A DNA stretch of 64,000 nt, taken from positions 413-64,412 of the IMG/VR virus record IMGVR_UViG_3300045976_000031; one strand, given 5' to 3'. Positions 16,872 through 26,911 of this stretch are shown one piece after another (the first letter of the stretch is position 1; the number at the start of each line of letters is the position of its first letter). The notes beneath the pieces are model-generated. The model had not been told where the DNA came from. It ran no database searches and saw only the letters and a program-made list of their open reading frames with translations. Both the position numbers and the translations under genes were made by a program. The DNA comes from a virus. Taxonomy: Duplodnaviria; Caudoviricetes.

Positions 16872-17245
16872 GCCTGCATCTCGAACACATCACACGCGCC
16901 GCGTTGCGCGCGCTCGGCGGCAGCGACGAGCAATACGCCTGGGACGGTAGCATCGGCGGCATCGTCGAGGTGAAGAATGGCGCGCCCACCGGCATCTCGT
17001 TCGCACCGCTGCGCGATCCTGCCGACGCGTTCCAACTCGAAGCCCTGCTTCGCCTGGACGTGGTGTACGAGCGCGGTGAAAAGCACGTCCAGCTTGCGGT
17101 GCTTTGCCCGCTGAAGTCCGGCCAGATGAAGTACGTTTCGCTGCTGCCGGAAAGCGCGAGCAAAGAGATCGCCCTGGTCGAGCGCATGCGCGCGGTCACG
17201 CAGTTCGCGGCGCTGCTGGACAACCTGGACATCGCGGAGAACTGA
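16868..17245 (+). CDS. hypothetical protein
   Basis: MSLHLEH..., FAPLRDPADAFQL motif, ATGA overlap. Confidence 0.65.
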   Translation: MSLHLEHITRAALRALGGSDEQYAWDGSIGGIVEVKNGAPTGISFAPLRDPADAFQLEALLRLDVVYERGEKHVQLAVLCPLKSGQMKYVSLLPESASKEIALVERMRAVTQFAALLDNLDIAEN

Positions 17246-17246
17246 C

Positions 17247-17540
17247 ATGCACTACCTCGAAAAACCGAAGCTGCGCGAGTGCGAATTGCGGCGCGAGGAA
17301 GTGCTGGAAGCCGAGGCCGGCGCTACCGCGTTTGTCGGCACCGCAATGGCAATGAAGATCGCAGGCGAAGAGGTGATCGTGACCGGCCGCAATATCGCCT
17401 CGCTGCTGATCGTGTTCAATTACGTTGAGGCGAAGCACGCGAAGGGGAACGCGAACGCGATGAAAACCCTGCGCACCGACGCCTGCCCCGAAGTAGCAAT
17501 CATGTCGAAGAACAGCCTGACGTTCGACGACGAACTCTGA
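17247..17540 (+). CDS. hypothetical protein, ends FDDEL
   Basis: 97 aa with GGAG RBS. Confidence 0.65.
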   Translation: MHYLEKPKLRECELRREEVLEAEAGATAFVGTAMAMKIAGEEVIVTGRNIASLLIVFNYVEAKHAKGNANAMKTLRTDACPEVAIMSKNSLTFDDEL

Positions 17541-17557
17541 CCATCGAAAGGAAGATC

Positions 17558-17890
17558 ATGGCAACCGCAAACCAGGGCACGACGACCGCCCGCAAGACCA
17601 CCGCCAGGCGCAACAAGCCAGGCCCGAAGCCGAAGGACCAGGCGAACGGCGACGCCGCAGCGCCGGCCGTGCCGAAGCCGCCGCGTTTCAAGTACGACCT
17701 GAAGGGAAGCGTGACCATCGCGGCCAGCGGAGAACAGGGCACCGTGCGCGCCCGCGCAGAGTGGGCCACCGGGAACGTCAGCTACTTCGTCGCCTACACC
17801 TCGAAGGCCGGCGAGTACCGCGAAGCCTGGATCGACGAAGACCTGTTGGCGGCATTCGTCGACCGCCGCCGCAAGGCAGCACGCGCATGA
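17558..17890 (+). CDS. hypothetical protein (basic N-terminus, SH3-like C-terminal domain)
   Basis: SGEQGTVRARAEW...YFVAY...EAWIDE. Confidence 0.7.
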   Translation: MATANQGTTTARKTTARRNKPGPKPKDQANGDAAAPAVPKPPRFKYDLKGSVTIAASGEQGTVRARAEWATGNVSYFVAYTSKAGEYREAWIDEDLLAAFVDRRRKAARA

Positions 17891-18129
17891 TGGACGCCGA
17901 CCACCACCATATCGGCACGACCTTCACGGAGGCCGTGGCCGAGGCGTTGGAAGCGGTCGGCGACAAGACAGATCACCGCGTCACCGCGCGCGGCCTGTTC
18001 ATCAAAGACCGCATCCATGTGTTCGAGCACGGCCACCTGGTCGAGATCGAGAACCCCCACCACCACGGCCAGAACCGCGCCACACTGGTCGACACGATCC
18101 GCCGCATGCGCAACCCTGCGATGCAATAA
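17887..18129 (+). CDS. His-rich hypothetical protein
   Basis: ATGA overlap; last gene of the + operon. Confidence 0.55.
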   Translation: MMDADHHHIGTTFTEAVAEALEAVGDKTDHRVTARGLFIKDRIHVFEHGHLVEIENPHHHGQNRATLVDTIRRMRNPAMQ

Positions 18130-18161
18130 AAAAGGCCGGCTAGGGTTTCCCCCGGCCGGCC
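18128..18161 (-). terminator. rho-independent terminator ending the late/lysis transcript
   Basis: GGCCGGCCGGGG-GAAA-CCCTAGCCGGCC-TTTTTT on the minus strand where the two arms converge. Confidence 0.8.
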
Positions 18162-18266
18162 AGTTCACGAGTGCGCCTTCTCATCATGCAGCGGGACCGA
18201 TTATACACGGCGCACAAGAGATAGTGTCACCTCCTTTCCCGTTGAACCTGTTCCCATCGTATCACC

Positions 18267-18509
18267 TCACCACCCGCAGAGCTTACGCCCGGTCAGATTA
18301 TGTTCGAGAATCTGGCGCGCCGTGGCGTCGCTGATCTGGTCCACCTTCGAGATGTAGATCGGCTTTGCGGTCGCGCAGTAATCAGGCTGCGTTGCCGCTA
18401 TCGCCTTTTGAACCGGCGTCGGTGCCGGCGTCGTCGTCCCGCATCCAGTCGCGACGAAGCTGGTCAGCAGCACCGCCATCAGGCAGCTTACGCGTGTCAG
18501 TTTCAGCAT
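18267..18509 (-). CDS. o-spanin (Rz1-like lipoprotein)
   Basis: signal peptide with lipobox VATG-C, Pro-rich linker, overlaps the i-spanin in another frame, AAGGAG RBS. Confidence 0.8.
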   Translation of the reverse strand: MLKLTRVSCLMAVLLTSFVATGCGTTTPAPTPVQKAIAATQPDYCATAKPIYISKVDQISDATARQILEHNLTGRKLCGW

Positions 18510-18681
18510 CGTGAACTCCTTTCGCGCCGGCCGCAGAGCGCAGCGCCTCGTTGTAGTTGGCCTTCTTTTCAGCCGCCTTTTTCGCTGCGCGGCTTCCCCA
18601 TGCGTAGGCACCGACCAGGACCAGAAGTACGGCCCATGCGGTGAGCGCCCACGACTTCAGTTTGTCGGCGAGGGGCAGCAT
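18382..18681 (-). CDS. i-spanin (Rz-like)
   Basis: N-terminal TM followed by a helical domain; lies after the endolysin. Confidence 0.8.
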   Translation of the reverse strand: MLPLADKLKSWALTAWAVLLVLVGAYAWGSRAAKKAAEKKANYNEALRSAAGAKGVHDAETDTRKLPDGGAADQLRRDWMRDDDAGTDAGSKGDSGNAA

Positions 18682-19377
18682 TTAGGCCACCACGCCGTGC
18701 TGGTGTTTCTTGATCTGCGAGTACGCGATCACGAGCGCGAAGCCGATGGTGATGACGCCGATGATGACGCTCACCCAATTGCCCGACGTGAGGTGTTCCT
18801 GCTGCGAGTTGAACGCGTTGACGATCTGCGGTGCCACGTCGGCGATCTGCGCGACGCCCACGGCAGCGGTGCCGGTTGCCGCCACGGTTTCCTTCGTGAC
18901 CGGCACAGCGGCGACGACGGCGGCCGGCTGCACGACACCCGCGCGTTGCAGCGCTACGTCGATGGTCGAATCGTCGTACCAGGTGTTCGCGGTGGTCAGC
19001 GGGCCGCGTCCGTTCTCGTGGCGGATGATCGCTTCGACGATGGGGCGCAGGTGCGCGTACGTGTGCAGATCGAGAGTCTGCGTCAGGCCGAAGCCGGTGG
19101 CGCGCGCGACGCCTTCAGCGTACGCCTGGGTGTCGTTCTCGTTGTTCGGCGCCCACCGACCGATGATGCCGGTGATCGTGCGCAGGTTGTATTTGTCCTG
19201 GTAGTTGATGAGGATGACGGCCAGGGCGCGAATGCCCCATGACGCATCTTTGAATTGCGCGAAGCGCGGGTCGATGGGTTGCGGCTTCGGGTCGAGTCCC
19301 TGCCACTTGTCATTGCCCTTCTCGATGTTGCCGGGATTGTTGTTGCGAATTCCTCGCGGTTTGGCGTTCGTGCTCAT
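18682..19377 (-). CDS. endolysin (RGIRNNNPGNI family) with C-terminal TM segment
   Basis: RGIRNNNPGNI, RWAPNNENDT and AIIRHENG motifs; ATGA overlap with the upstream gene. Confidence 0.85.
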   Translation of the reverse strand: MSTNAKPRGIRNNNPGNIEKGNDKWQGLDPKPQPIDPRFAQFKDASWGIRALAVILINYQDKYNLRTITGIIGRWAPNNENDTQAYAEGVARATGFGLTQTLDLHTYAHLRPIVEAIIRHENGRGPLTTANTWYDDSTIDVALQRAGVVQPAAVVAAVPVTKETVAATGTAAVGVAQIADVAPQIVNAFNSQQEHLTSGNWVSVIIGVITIGFALVIAYSQIKKHQHGVVA

Positions 19378-19790
19378 TGGTCTTTGCTCCATTCACGAAG
19401 TTGACGTTGCTGCTGCTGGGTGGGGCGCGGTGCGAAGATCAGTTGGTTCAACATGCCCTTGATCTCGCCGATGTCGGACTTCACGTCAGCGCGCAGCGAT
19501 ACGTTCGATGCAGCCTGGTCGACGCGAAGTGCGGCGATTGCGGCTTCGTTCTTTTCAAGACGCTGCTGCAAAACGGACACCGCAAAATCCGTCGCCATCT
19601 GGCGCTTGTCGAGGTTGTAATACAGGCCGACACCACTGGCCGAGATGGTGATGACCAGCGTTGCGAGAGTAAGCAGTGTCGGGATGTTAAGGGTCAGGTC
19701 TACGCGCATACGTGGTGCCCGCCGATCAAGTCCGACAATGCGCTCGTCGGCTGCGGGCGATGCGGTCGTTTGTTCATTTGCCGATTCCAT
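19374..19790 (-). CDS. putative holin / lysis protein (single TM + coiled coil)
   Basis: position before the endolysin; one TM helix. Confidence 0.6.
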   Translation of the reverse strand: MESANEQTTASPAADERIVGLDRRAPRMRVDLTLNIPTLLTLATLVITISASGVGLYYNLDKRQMATDFAVSVLQQRLEKNEAAIAALRVDQAASNVSLRADVKSDIGEIKGMLNQLIFAPRPTQQQQRQLREWSKDQ

Positions 19791-19825
19791 TTCTTATTCC
19801 TCATGTCGAGATAAAGGGCATGTTG

Positions 19826-19862
19826 AAAAAATAAAGCCGGGAGCGATTATACCCCCGGCTTT
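19826..19862 (-). terminator. terminator-like hairpin with TATAAT in the loop
   Basis: AAAGCCGGGG-GTATAATCGC-TCCCGGCTTT-ATTTTTT. Confidence 0.7.
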
Positions 19863-19864
19863 CC

Positions 19865-21832
19865 TCACGACATCGAAACAGTGACAATCGGTCTAGGACC
19901 TGTTCGTCTCGGAATTCCGACAAGTGAAGGGTCGATCAACAGTGCGAATTCGACCACCGATGCCACCGCGATCTCGGACATACCGAAGTTCCCTTGCAGC
20001 GACGGGTCACGGACGGCCACCGCAGCCCCTACAAGCGACGATTGAACTGCGGACGCTGGGATCATAGGGTTCGGGAACTGCGCGTCTCCTACGGCCGCAG
20101 ATTCGGCCACGCTGGCGGCCTGCACGACGGACTGCGGGATCATCGAGTTCGGGAACGTCGAGTCGCCGAGCGCCACCGATTCGACCAGGCCGGCCACCTC
20201 GGCGTCAGACTGCGACACCTCGGCACCAGGGAACGTGTCGCGGACCACCGCACCCTCGAACACCTCGAACGTCCTGATCTCGGACGTGGGCACGGTCGGG
20301 TCGATCCAGCCCTGGTTGTCGCCGACCACGACATCGGCGGCCACCTGGATCGCGGTGACAGCGGACATCGGCCCCCAATCGGTATCGCGGATCACCACCT
20401 CGGCCGCGACCTGGCCGACGTAGGTTTCCGGGATCACTGGCGGCGGTTCGTCCGGTGCCGGGAACGTGCTGTCGCCGGCCACGACGTGCTCGACCAGGTT
20501 GAACACGTAACGCGACTCGCGGCTGATCGTGCCCGGCGATGTCGTCTCGCGATGCAGCAGCGCCATCATCGTGAGCGTGGCCGCATGCCGGCCGATGGCA
20601 GGGTCGATCACTTCCCACGGCTTCGGCGTCGTGCGGCCGAGCGTGAACGTCAGTTGCATCTGCATCGCGTACAACGGCGAGCGGCGTTTGACCGACGAGT
20701 CGAGGCGCTGCATGACGACTTGCTCTTGCAGCGTGCGAGAGTGCCGGCCTTGTGCGTAAGCCGGCGCGTACGTCTCGCGGTGCAGGACCGCCAGTTCGAC
20801 CGACGTGGACACGCGGGTCGTCGAGCGGTTCGTCACAGCGTCGCGCGGCGTCACGGTCTGCTGCACGAACGCGGCCACCAGGTCGTCGCCGTGCGGCGGT
20901 GCGATGTCGCGGAGACGTACCGCCTGCTGCACGAACGTCACCACGTTCTCACCACTGTTCGGTGGAACCACATCGCGGCGCTGCACGACCATCTCGGTCA
21001 GGATGGCGTTGTCGATGGGTGAATGCGGTGCGCCTCGGCCGCTGGCCTGGATGACCTGTTCGACGAGAGTGAACGCGTCAGCCTTGGTGGTGATGACGAC
21101 GACCTGGTGCGCGCGTGTAGCGATGAACTGCTGCACGAGCGTGGCCGCCGTGATCGTGGTGCGCGCCTGGTCGGGGCGGATCGAATCGCGGTGCTGGACA
21201 ACCTGCTGCCGCTGGCCGGTGATACGAATCTCGGACACCGCGACGTACGCGATGCCGCGCGACTGGACCACGAGTTCGCGGTAGGTGCCGACGTAGTTGT
21301 TGCTCTTGACTGTCGGCGCGCCAGGCGTGATGCGACGCGAGATCACCTGCATGTTCAGCGTGGCGGCGAAGTCCGTGCTGCGCGCCCACGGTCGGACAGT
21401 GGACAGCACGACTTGCTCGCGGTACGTCGCCACGTCGCGCGCGGAATGCACGGTCGACGGCAGCGCCATCGCAGGTCGCTTCTGGATCGCGGTCTGTCGA
21501 TAGTTCCTGATAACGCGCTGCACAGACAGGTATTCGTTCTGCGAACTGTACAGAACTTCGCGTGATGCGTGAATGGCGCGGAATGGCGGTTCCTTGAACA
21601 GCACTTCACGCACCACGCTCGCCACGTCAGCGTAGATGTTCTGGCCGACCTTATCGCCGGTAAGGACATCGCGGCTGACATGCTGCACGTCCGCATACCA
21701 GTCCCGCCCGACACGAGTGCCGGACAGGATTTCGCGCGTGACCCCGCCACCAACGTCTGCCACGAAGTCGAGCGCCGGCCGTTCGCTGGTCAGCGTTTCG
21801 CGTGTTACGGGAGTTACGTTAGTTTGAGCCAC
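19865..21832 (-). CDS. tail-associated protein with repetitive V-x-Q/V-V-x-R units
   Basis: 655 aa, last gene of the tail cluster, low-complexity repeats. Confidence 0.65.
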   Translation of the reverse strand: MAQTNVTPVTRETLTSERPALDFVADVGGGVTREILSGTRVGRDWYADVQHVSRDVLTGDKVGQNIYADVASVVREVLFKEPPFRAIHASREVLYSSQNEYLSVQRVIRNYRQTAIQKRPAMALPSTVHSARDVATYREQVVLSTVRPWARSTDFAATLNMQVISRRITPGAPTVKSNNYVGTYRELVVQSRGIAYVAVSEIRITGQRQQVVQHRDSIRPDQARTTITAATLVQQFIATRAHQVVVITTKADAFTLVEQVIQASGRGAPHSPIDNAILTEMVVQRRDVVPPNSGENVVTFVQQAVRLRDIAPPHGDDLVAAFVQQTVTPRDAVTNRSTTRVSTSVELAVLHRETYAPAYAQGRHSRTLQEQVVMQRLDSSVKRRSPLYAMQMQLTFTLGRTTPKPWEVIDPAIGRHAATLTMMALLHRETTSPGTISRESRYVFNLVEHVVAGDSTFPAPDEPPPVIPETYVGQVAAEVVIRDTDWGPMSAVTAIQVAADVVVGDNQGWIDPTVPTSEIRTFEVFEGAVVRDTFPGAEVSQSDAEVAGLVESVALGDSTFPNSMIPQSVVQAASVAESAAVGDAQFPNPMIPASAVQSSLVGAAVAVRDPSLQGNFGMSEIAVASVVEFALLIDPSLVGIPRRTGPRPIVTVSMS

Positions 21833-21841
21833 GGTTCACCA

Positions 21842-23983
21842 TCACGAGGTAACGCGCATGCCGAACTTCGCAGCGGCGGCTTCAGCAGGCGTCCACGCGG
21901 CCCCGGTATCCGGGTTCGTAGTGGCGACGTTGTATGCAGGGACATAACCGGCCAGTGGTGTGAGCGGCGTGTCGATCAGCGCGGTCGTGTAGGCCATCAT
22001 CATGCCGTTTTGTCCGACGATGAACCAATCGCCATTCGGCAGTGCGCACGCAGCATACGGATTTCCGGGCAACAGAGGTTGCCGACGCCAGTTAGCGCCG
22101 CCATCCTGGGTCGTGACGGTCGTGTTCATACCAGAAGCGTTCAGGATGACACCGCTGACCGGATCGCCGAACGAGAAGTTGATGACGAACTGCGGCGAGC
22201 CGTTGGTGTTGTAAGTCGGAGATGCCCACGACACGCCATCCTGCGAGCGCTTGATGTAGTTCGCGGACGCGGTGTTCTGGCTCATGATGGTGAACCAGGT
22301 GCCGTCGAACCCAAGCTGGTTCGCACCAAGACCTTCGCTCATCGAGGTCGCGATGCCGGTGGGTCGCGCCGTCCAGGTCAGCCCCTTGTCGTCGCTCGTG
22401 AAGACCGATGTGGCGGCGACAGCGGCAACCACGCGCCCAAGTCCAGGGTGATACAGCAGCGCGCCGACTGCGGCAGTGCTCGGAACGAGAAGCGTCCAAC
22501 TTGCGGGAAGGGCCGGGTCTTTGTCGCCAGCGCAGCGCCACACGCGCCCGCCGTTCGCGCCAACGAGAATCGTGTTGTCCGGCAGGACGAGCGTGCAGTT
22601 CGGCGCGTATCCGCTAATGGCGCTGATAGCGATGGCTGCACCAGGCGTATCGCTGCCTGGCGGGATGATCTGAACCTTGTAGTCGTTCCGCACGATGATG
22701 CCGGTGCCGTCAGAACGGAAGCACACCAATCCCCAATTGTTCGCGTTACCTTCGTCGGAGATCAGCGTCCACTGCGTATTCGCGTCAGCGGCGGGACCGC
22801 TCGCAGTGAGGGACGGGCCGATGCCTGCTGCGAACACCTTGCCGTCCGTGGGGCGACGATTCACCGAATACGTGTGCTTCCCATTCGGCAGGCTCGCGAG
22901 CGTTACGAGTGTGCGCGGCTTCGGGTCTTCCTTCTCGACGCCACCTGGTGACACGACCAGCGCGCGCAGCGTATGAGGATTCGATTCGAGGTTCGACGCC
23001 AGCACCTTCGTCACGACGGCGTGCACCAGCTTGCCGCTACTGGTGGACGTGTCTTTGTCGGTCGAGTAGATGTCCTGGTCGCCAGCATTCGACGATTGCA
23101 GCGTCCAGGTCGGCGCGTCAACCAAGTCTTGCCCTGCCACCGCAGCGTTGCTCGGCGCGTCGACCGGACGAACGAAGTCCACGTCCACGTCGTTGTTCGC
23201 GCGGACGCCGGAAATGCGGGTCGTCGGGCCGAGACGTACGTTCGGAGCCTGCGAATCTTCGACCAGGTTGTACCAGTTCGAGATCGCCCAGCGACCGGCC
23301 GCGCCCTGCATGAACGTCGCCGGTGCGGTCACGTTATTCTGAATCAGGGTAAAGCCGATGGCATCGGTCGGCGGCGATACGACGTTTTGCAGGACAAGCA
23401 CGTCGTCGACCCACACCTTCACGTCGGCGTCGGACACGCGGTACTCAATGAACGCCAGGCGGCCGGGCACAAGAGTCTTCGTGCTTTGACGGACACCGTT
23501 GTAGTTCGAGATCGCCAAGTCGCTGCTAATCGCGAAAAGGCAGTTCGCGACACCGGGCACGAAAGACTGATCGGTCGCCAGGGTGCCAATGCAGTACAGC
23601 ACGCCGACGGTGCTGACGCCGTATGTGTTCGGCACGTACTCGGGCGGAACGTACAGGCTGAAGCCGCCGATCACCACGTCACCCTGCGACGCGAGCGGTT
23701 TCTTGATGCCGGCCTGCGTCGTGTAGGCTGAACCCTTCGACGCGTTGTTCGTGTTCCCCGACGAGAAGACGAGCGCCTGGCGATCCGGGTAGACGGGATC
23801 GGGGCGCACGATGAATGCGCCGCTGGTCTGAGCGTCGGTGTTGTCGCCGATGAGAGATTGGTAGCCGGCGCGCTTGAACGCGGCCTGGAACGCCTTGCGC
23901 ATTGCCGTGTTCGCGGTGTTGTAGGCGTCGTCGCCGGTCCACTGCGAGAACGCCATGAACGATTCGGTGGAAAGAAGAGACAT
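21842..23983 (-). CDS. tail fibre/tip protein with inserted BNR/beta-propeller domain
   Basis: Asp-box repeats (TSDDKGLTW, SQDGVSW, TQDGGANW); C-terminal NPDTGAAWT...FG. Confidence 0.75.
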   Translation of the reverse strand: MSLLSTESFMAFSQWTGDDAYNTANTAMRKAFQAAFKRAGYQSLIGDNTDAQTSGAFIVRPDPVYPDRQALVFSSGNTNNASKGSAYTTQAGIKKPLASQGDVVIGGFSLYVPPEYVPNTYGVSTVGVLYCIGTLATDQSFVPGVANCLFAISSDLAISNYNGVRQSTKTLVPGRLAFIEYRVSDADVKVWVDDVLVLQNVVSPPTDAIGFTLIQNNVTAPATFMQGAAGRWAISNWYNLVEDSQAPNVRLGPTTRISGVRANNDVDVDFVRPVDAPSNAAVAGQDLVDAPTWTLQSSNAGDQDIYSTDKDTSTSSGKLVHAVVTKVLASNLESNPHTLRALVVSPGGVEKEDPKPRTLVTLASLPNGKHTYSVNRRPTDGKVFAAGIGPSLTASGPAADANTQWTLISDEGNANNWGLVCFRSDGTGIIVRNDYKVQIIPPGSDTPGAAIAISAISGYAPNCTLVLPDNTILVGANGGRVWRCAGDKDPALPASWTLLVPSTAAVGALLYHPGLGRVVAAVAATSVFTSDDKGLTWTARPTGIATSMSEGLGANQLGFDGTWFTIMSQNTASANYIKRSQDGVSWASPTYNTNGSPQFVINFSFGDPVSGVILNASGMNTTVTTQDGGANWRRQPLLPGNPYAACALPNGDWFIVGQNGMMMAYTTALIDTPLTPLAGYVPAYNVATTNPDTGAAWTPAEAAAAKFGMRVTS

Positions 23984-23992
23984 GCTTCCCCC

Positions 23993-25003
23993 TTATCGCG
24001 CAATGATGCCGAAGGACGACGACTCGACCAGGTTGCGGGTCCACGGCGTGCCGCCCGGTGCCTGCTCGTAGATCACCTGCTTGTAGCCGAAGTTCGTGTC
24101 GAGCGGCACCTGCGTTTCAACGTCGCCGCCGGCCGTGCCGAGGGTCATGCCCAGCTTGCGATCATCCAGGTCGCCCTTGCGCGCGTACGACACGAGCGCC
24201 ACGGCGAAGACGGTGTTCGCGTTCGGCAGCACCACGTTCGAGGTGAACTTGTCGGTCTTGCCGTCGACGTTGGCTTGCAGGTACGGCGCGTTTGCCTTTG
24301 CCGGCGCAAGCTGCGCGAGGATCGAGTAGTGCGTGCCGGTCGAGCCTACCGGCGTCCACTGCGTCGTCACGTCGGCGGTCGGTGCGCGCGAGATGATCTG
24401 GATCGGCGACAGGCGGGCGTTGTTCTGACCACCGCTGTTATCCAGGATATACAGGTCGTCGATGTCGATGGTGCCGGCGACGGTGGACGACGACGACAAG
24501 CCCCAGGTGATCGTGTACACGGTGCCCACGCCGCCAGGCAGCGGGACCGACAGTTGCAGCGTGTCGTTCGCGTAGACGTTGACCACGCTGTTCGTCTTGT
24601 CGATCTCGATCTCGATGTACCAGTAGGCGTTCAGGATAATCACGTCCTGGCCCAGCGTGGACCCGACCTTCATCTTGCCGGTCGTGGTGTCCCAATCGAG
24701 GTCGATCACGCCAGCGATACGCGCGAAGCGCAGGCGCGATGTCACACCCTTGAACGAGAAGCCGAAGACGACTTTCGTGGCGGCCGAGGTCACGCTGCGC
24801 GAGAACGACGGTGGCGTAGAAGCGCCGGCCTGGATGCTCATGCGCAGGCCGAACGATCCGCTGTCCTGGCCGTCGACGATGTTGAACGTCGCATTGGTCG
24901 CATTGTTCACGGTGTAGCCGGCAGATTGCAGGTATGCGGTCAGGTCGGCGGCCAGGGCCGACTTGTCGGCGTAGTGGTCAAAGCCATCGGTGAAGAGAAG
25001 CAT
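23993..25003 (-). CDS. tail protein, lectin-like GFDxY paralog
   Basis: MLLFTDGFDHY...YWYIEIEID...IDDLYILD...RL.PI. Confidence 0.75.
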   Translation of the reverse strand: MLLFTDGFDHYADKSALAADLTAYLQSAGYTVNNATNATFNIVDGQDSGSFGLRMSIQAGASTPPSFSRSVTSAATKVVFGFSFKGVTSRLRFARIAGVIDLDWDTTTGKMKVGSTLGQDVIILNAYWYIEIEIDKTNSVVNVYANDTLQLSVPLPGGVGTVYTITWGLSSSSTVAGTIDIDDLYILDNSGGQNNARLSPIQIISRAPTADVTTQWTPVGSTGTHYSILAQLAPAKANAPYLQANVDGKTDKFTSNVVLPNANTVFAVALVSYARKGDLDDRKLGMTLGTAGGDVETQVPLDTNFGYKQVIYEQAPGGTPWTRNLVESSSFGIIAR

Positions 25004-25015
25004 GAGGGTTTCCTT

Positions 25016-26902
25016 TTATGGGCGAACGGCGATGCCGAACGGAGTGTTGACAACCGAGTCTGCGGTCCAGGCTTGATCGCCAGGCGCTTTCTCGAAGACT
25101 GCGAAACTATATTCCATCGTGGTCGAGAGGGTCGTGTCGATCACCTCTTTCTGGTTGCCAGGTGCACCCACCACGAGGCCAAGCTGGCGCGCGTCCAGGT
25201 CCGACTTCTGCGCGAGCGCGATCACGCCCACGGCCAGGATTGGCGCGGCTGCGGTGCCAGCGCCGGCCGGCAGCGGCGAGTTCGACGAGTAGAGGTCCTG
25301 CTGGCCCGAGACGGCGGAACGCACGTAACTCGCGCTTGACGGAGGCAGCAGGCCCACCAGCGACCAGTGCGGCGCGTCGACCGATCCCGTCCAGTTCACG
25401 TCAACGTCGGCGGTCGGCATGCGCACCGGGATCGTGATCGGCTTCAGGCGGTTCGTCAGCGTCGCGCCGCCCGTCACATCGCTATCCAGGATGTACAGGT
25501 CATCGACGCGGCCGACTGCACCGTTCTCCGCTTCCCACGACATCACGTAATCGGTCATGTTCGCGGCGGCGGCCGGCAGCGCGACGGACAGGTCGGCCGT
25601 GTCGTTGACGAACAGGGACAGCGTGTTCGCCTGCTTGTCGATCACGATCTCGTAGTAGTACCAGGTGTTGCGGATCGGGACGCTCGCGCCGCGCGTGCCG
25701 AGAATTTCAATGCCGGCCGGCCAGTCCATGTCGAACAGGTCTTTGATGCTGAAGATTCGGCCGCGCGCGGTAGCCATGTGCGCGAAGCCGATGACCACGC
25801 GGCTCTGCGTCGACGAGAACGTGCGCGACACGATGGTCGGCGGTGCCAGGGACACGTAGATCGTGGCGACGCTCGTGGTGCTGCCGCCGTTGCGCGCGCC
25901 CACCAGGACCCAGCCGACTTGCGTGCCGGTCGAGCGGTTCACCGCATACAGCGGAATGCTGCCGCCGACGCCAGTGAAGGCCGGCTTTGTCCAGGTCGTC
26001 GTGTCGTCCGAGATGTACAGGCGCGCGCCGTCGCCGACAACGACCCAGCGACCGTCTGCGACAGCGACGCCGTAGAACTGGCCGTAGGTGTTCAGCGCAT
26101 CCGCAGCGGTGGCCCAGGTGACGCCGTGGTCGACCGAGCGACGCAGGTTGCCGCTGTCGATGGCGATCAGCGTGCCGTTGAACGCGGCGATGCCGTTCAC
26201 GTTGCCGTTCGAGCCGAACGCGCGCGTCGTGAAATTGTCGCCGGTCGTCGACGTGAGAATCTGACCACCGAGGCCGCCGACGATCCAGGTGGTCCCGTCG
26301 TAGACCACGCTGCGGTTGCCGCGCGCACCCGGATTCTCCGTGACGCTGGACCAGCTTGCGCCGTCGTCATCCGACACGAACACGCAGCCGGCGTTGCCGA
26401 GCGTGCCGACAGCGAGCCAGCGCGCGTTGCCGAATGCGACGGCCGACAGGTTCGCGGCACCGTTCGGAGCGCTGCGCACCGACCACGCCTGGCCGTCCGT
26501 CGAGCGGAGAATCGTGCCGCCGTCGCCGACCGCGATCCAGGTGCCGGCGTTGCATTCGATGTCCTTCATGTTGGCGTTCACGCCGAGGACCAGCGGCGAC
26601 CACTGGATGCCGTCAGTCGTCGTCGCGGCCAGGCCGCCGTCGCCCACCGCAACGTACCGGCCTTGCGTGTTCGAGGCCACGCCGTGCAGATCGCCCTTGA
26701 TGGTGTTCGTGCGGCTCGACCAGGATGAACCAGCAGCGCCGGCCGCGACCTGAAGTTCGAGCGCGTACGCCCCGTTCTTCCGGCCGGCCGCCATGCCGAG
26801 GCCCGACGTTACGGCGTAGCCGGCCGCCGTCAGCGACGACAGCAGCGTTTGCCCTGACTGGCCCTGGTACTGGTCAAAGCCGTCGATGTGTTTGAGTCCC
26901 AT
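25016..26902 (-). CDS. tail protein, GFDxY paralog with inserted beta-propeller
   Basis: MGLKHIDGFDQY; repeated WIAVGDGGTILRSTDGQAW blades. Confidence 0.75.
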   Translation of the reverse strand: MGLKHIDGFDQYQGQSGQTLLSSLTAAGYAVTSGLGMAAGRKNGAYALELQVAAGAAGSSWSSRTNTIKGDLHGVASNTQGRYVAVGDGGLAATTTDGIQWSPLVLGVNANMKDIECNAGTWIAVGDGGTILRSTDGQAWSVRSAPNGAANLSAVAFGNARWLAVGTLGNAGCVFVSDDDGASWSSVTENPGARGNRSVVYDGTTWIVGGLGGQILTSTTGDNFTTRAFGSNGNVNGIAAFNGTLIAIDSGNLRRSVDHGVTWATAADALNTYGQFYGVAVADGRWVVVGDGARLYISDDTTTWTKPAFTGVGGSIPLYAVNRSTGTQVGWVLVGARNGGSTTSVATIYVSLAPPTIVSRTFSSTQSRVVIGFAHMATARGRIFSIKDLFDMDWPAGIEILGTRGASVPIRNTWYYYEIVIDKQANTLSLFVNDTADLSVALPAAAANMTDYVMSWEAENGAVGRVDDLYILDSDVTGGATLTNRLKPITIPVRMPTADVDVNWTGSVDAPHWSLVGLLPPSSASYVRSAVSGQQDLYSSNSPLPAGAGTAAAPILAVGVIALAQKSDLDARQLGLVVGAPGNQKEVIDTTLSTTMEYSFAVFEKAPGDQAWTADSVVNTPFGIAVRP

Positions 26903-26911
26903 GTTTTCCCC

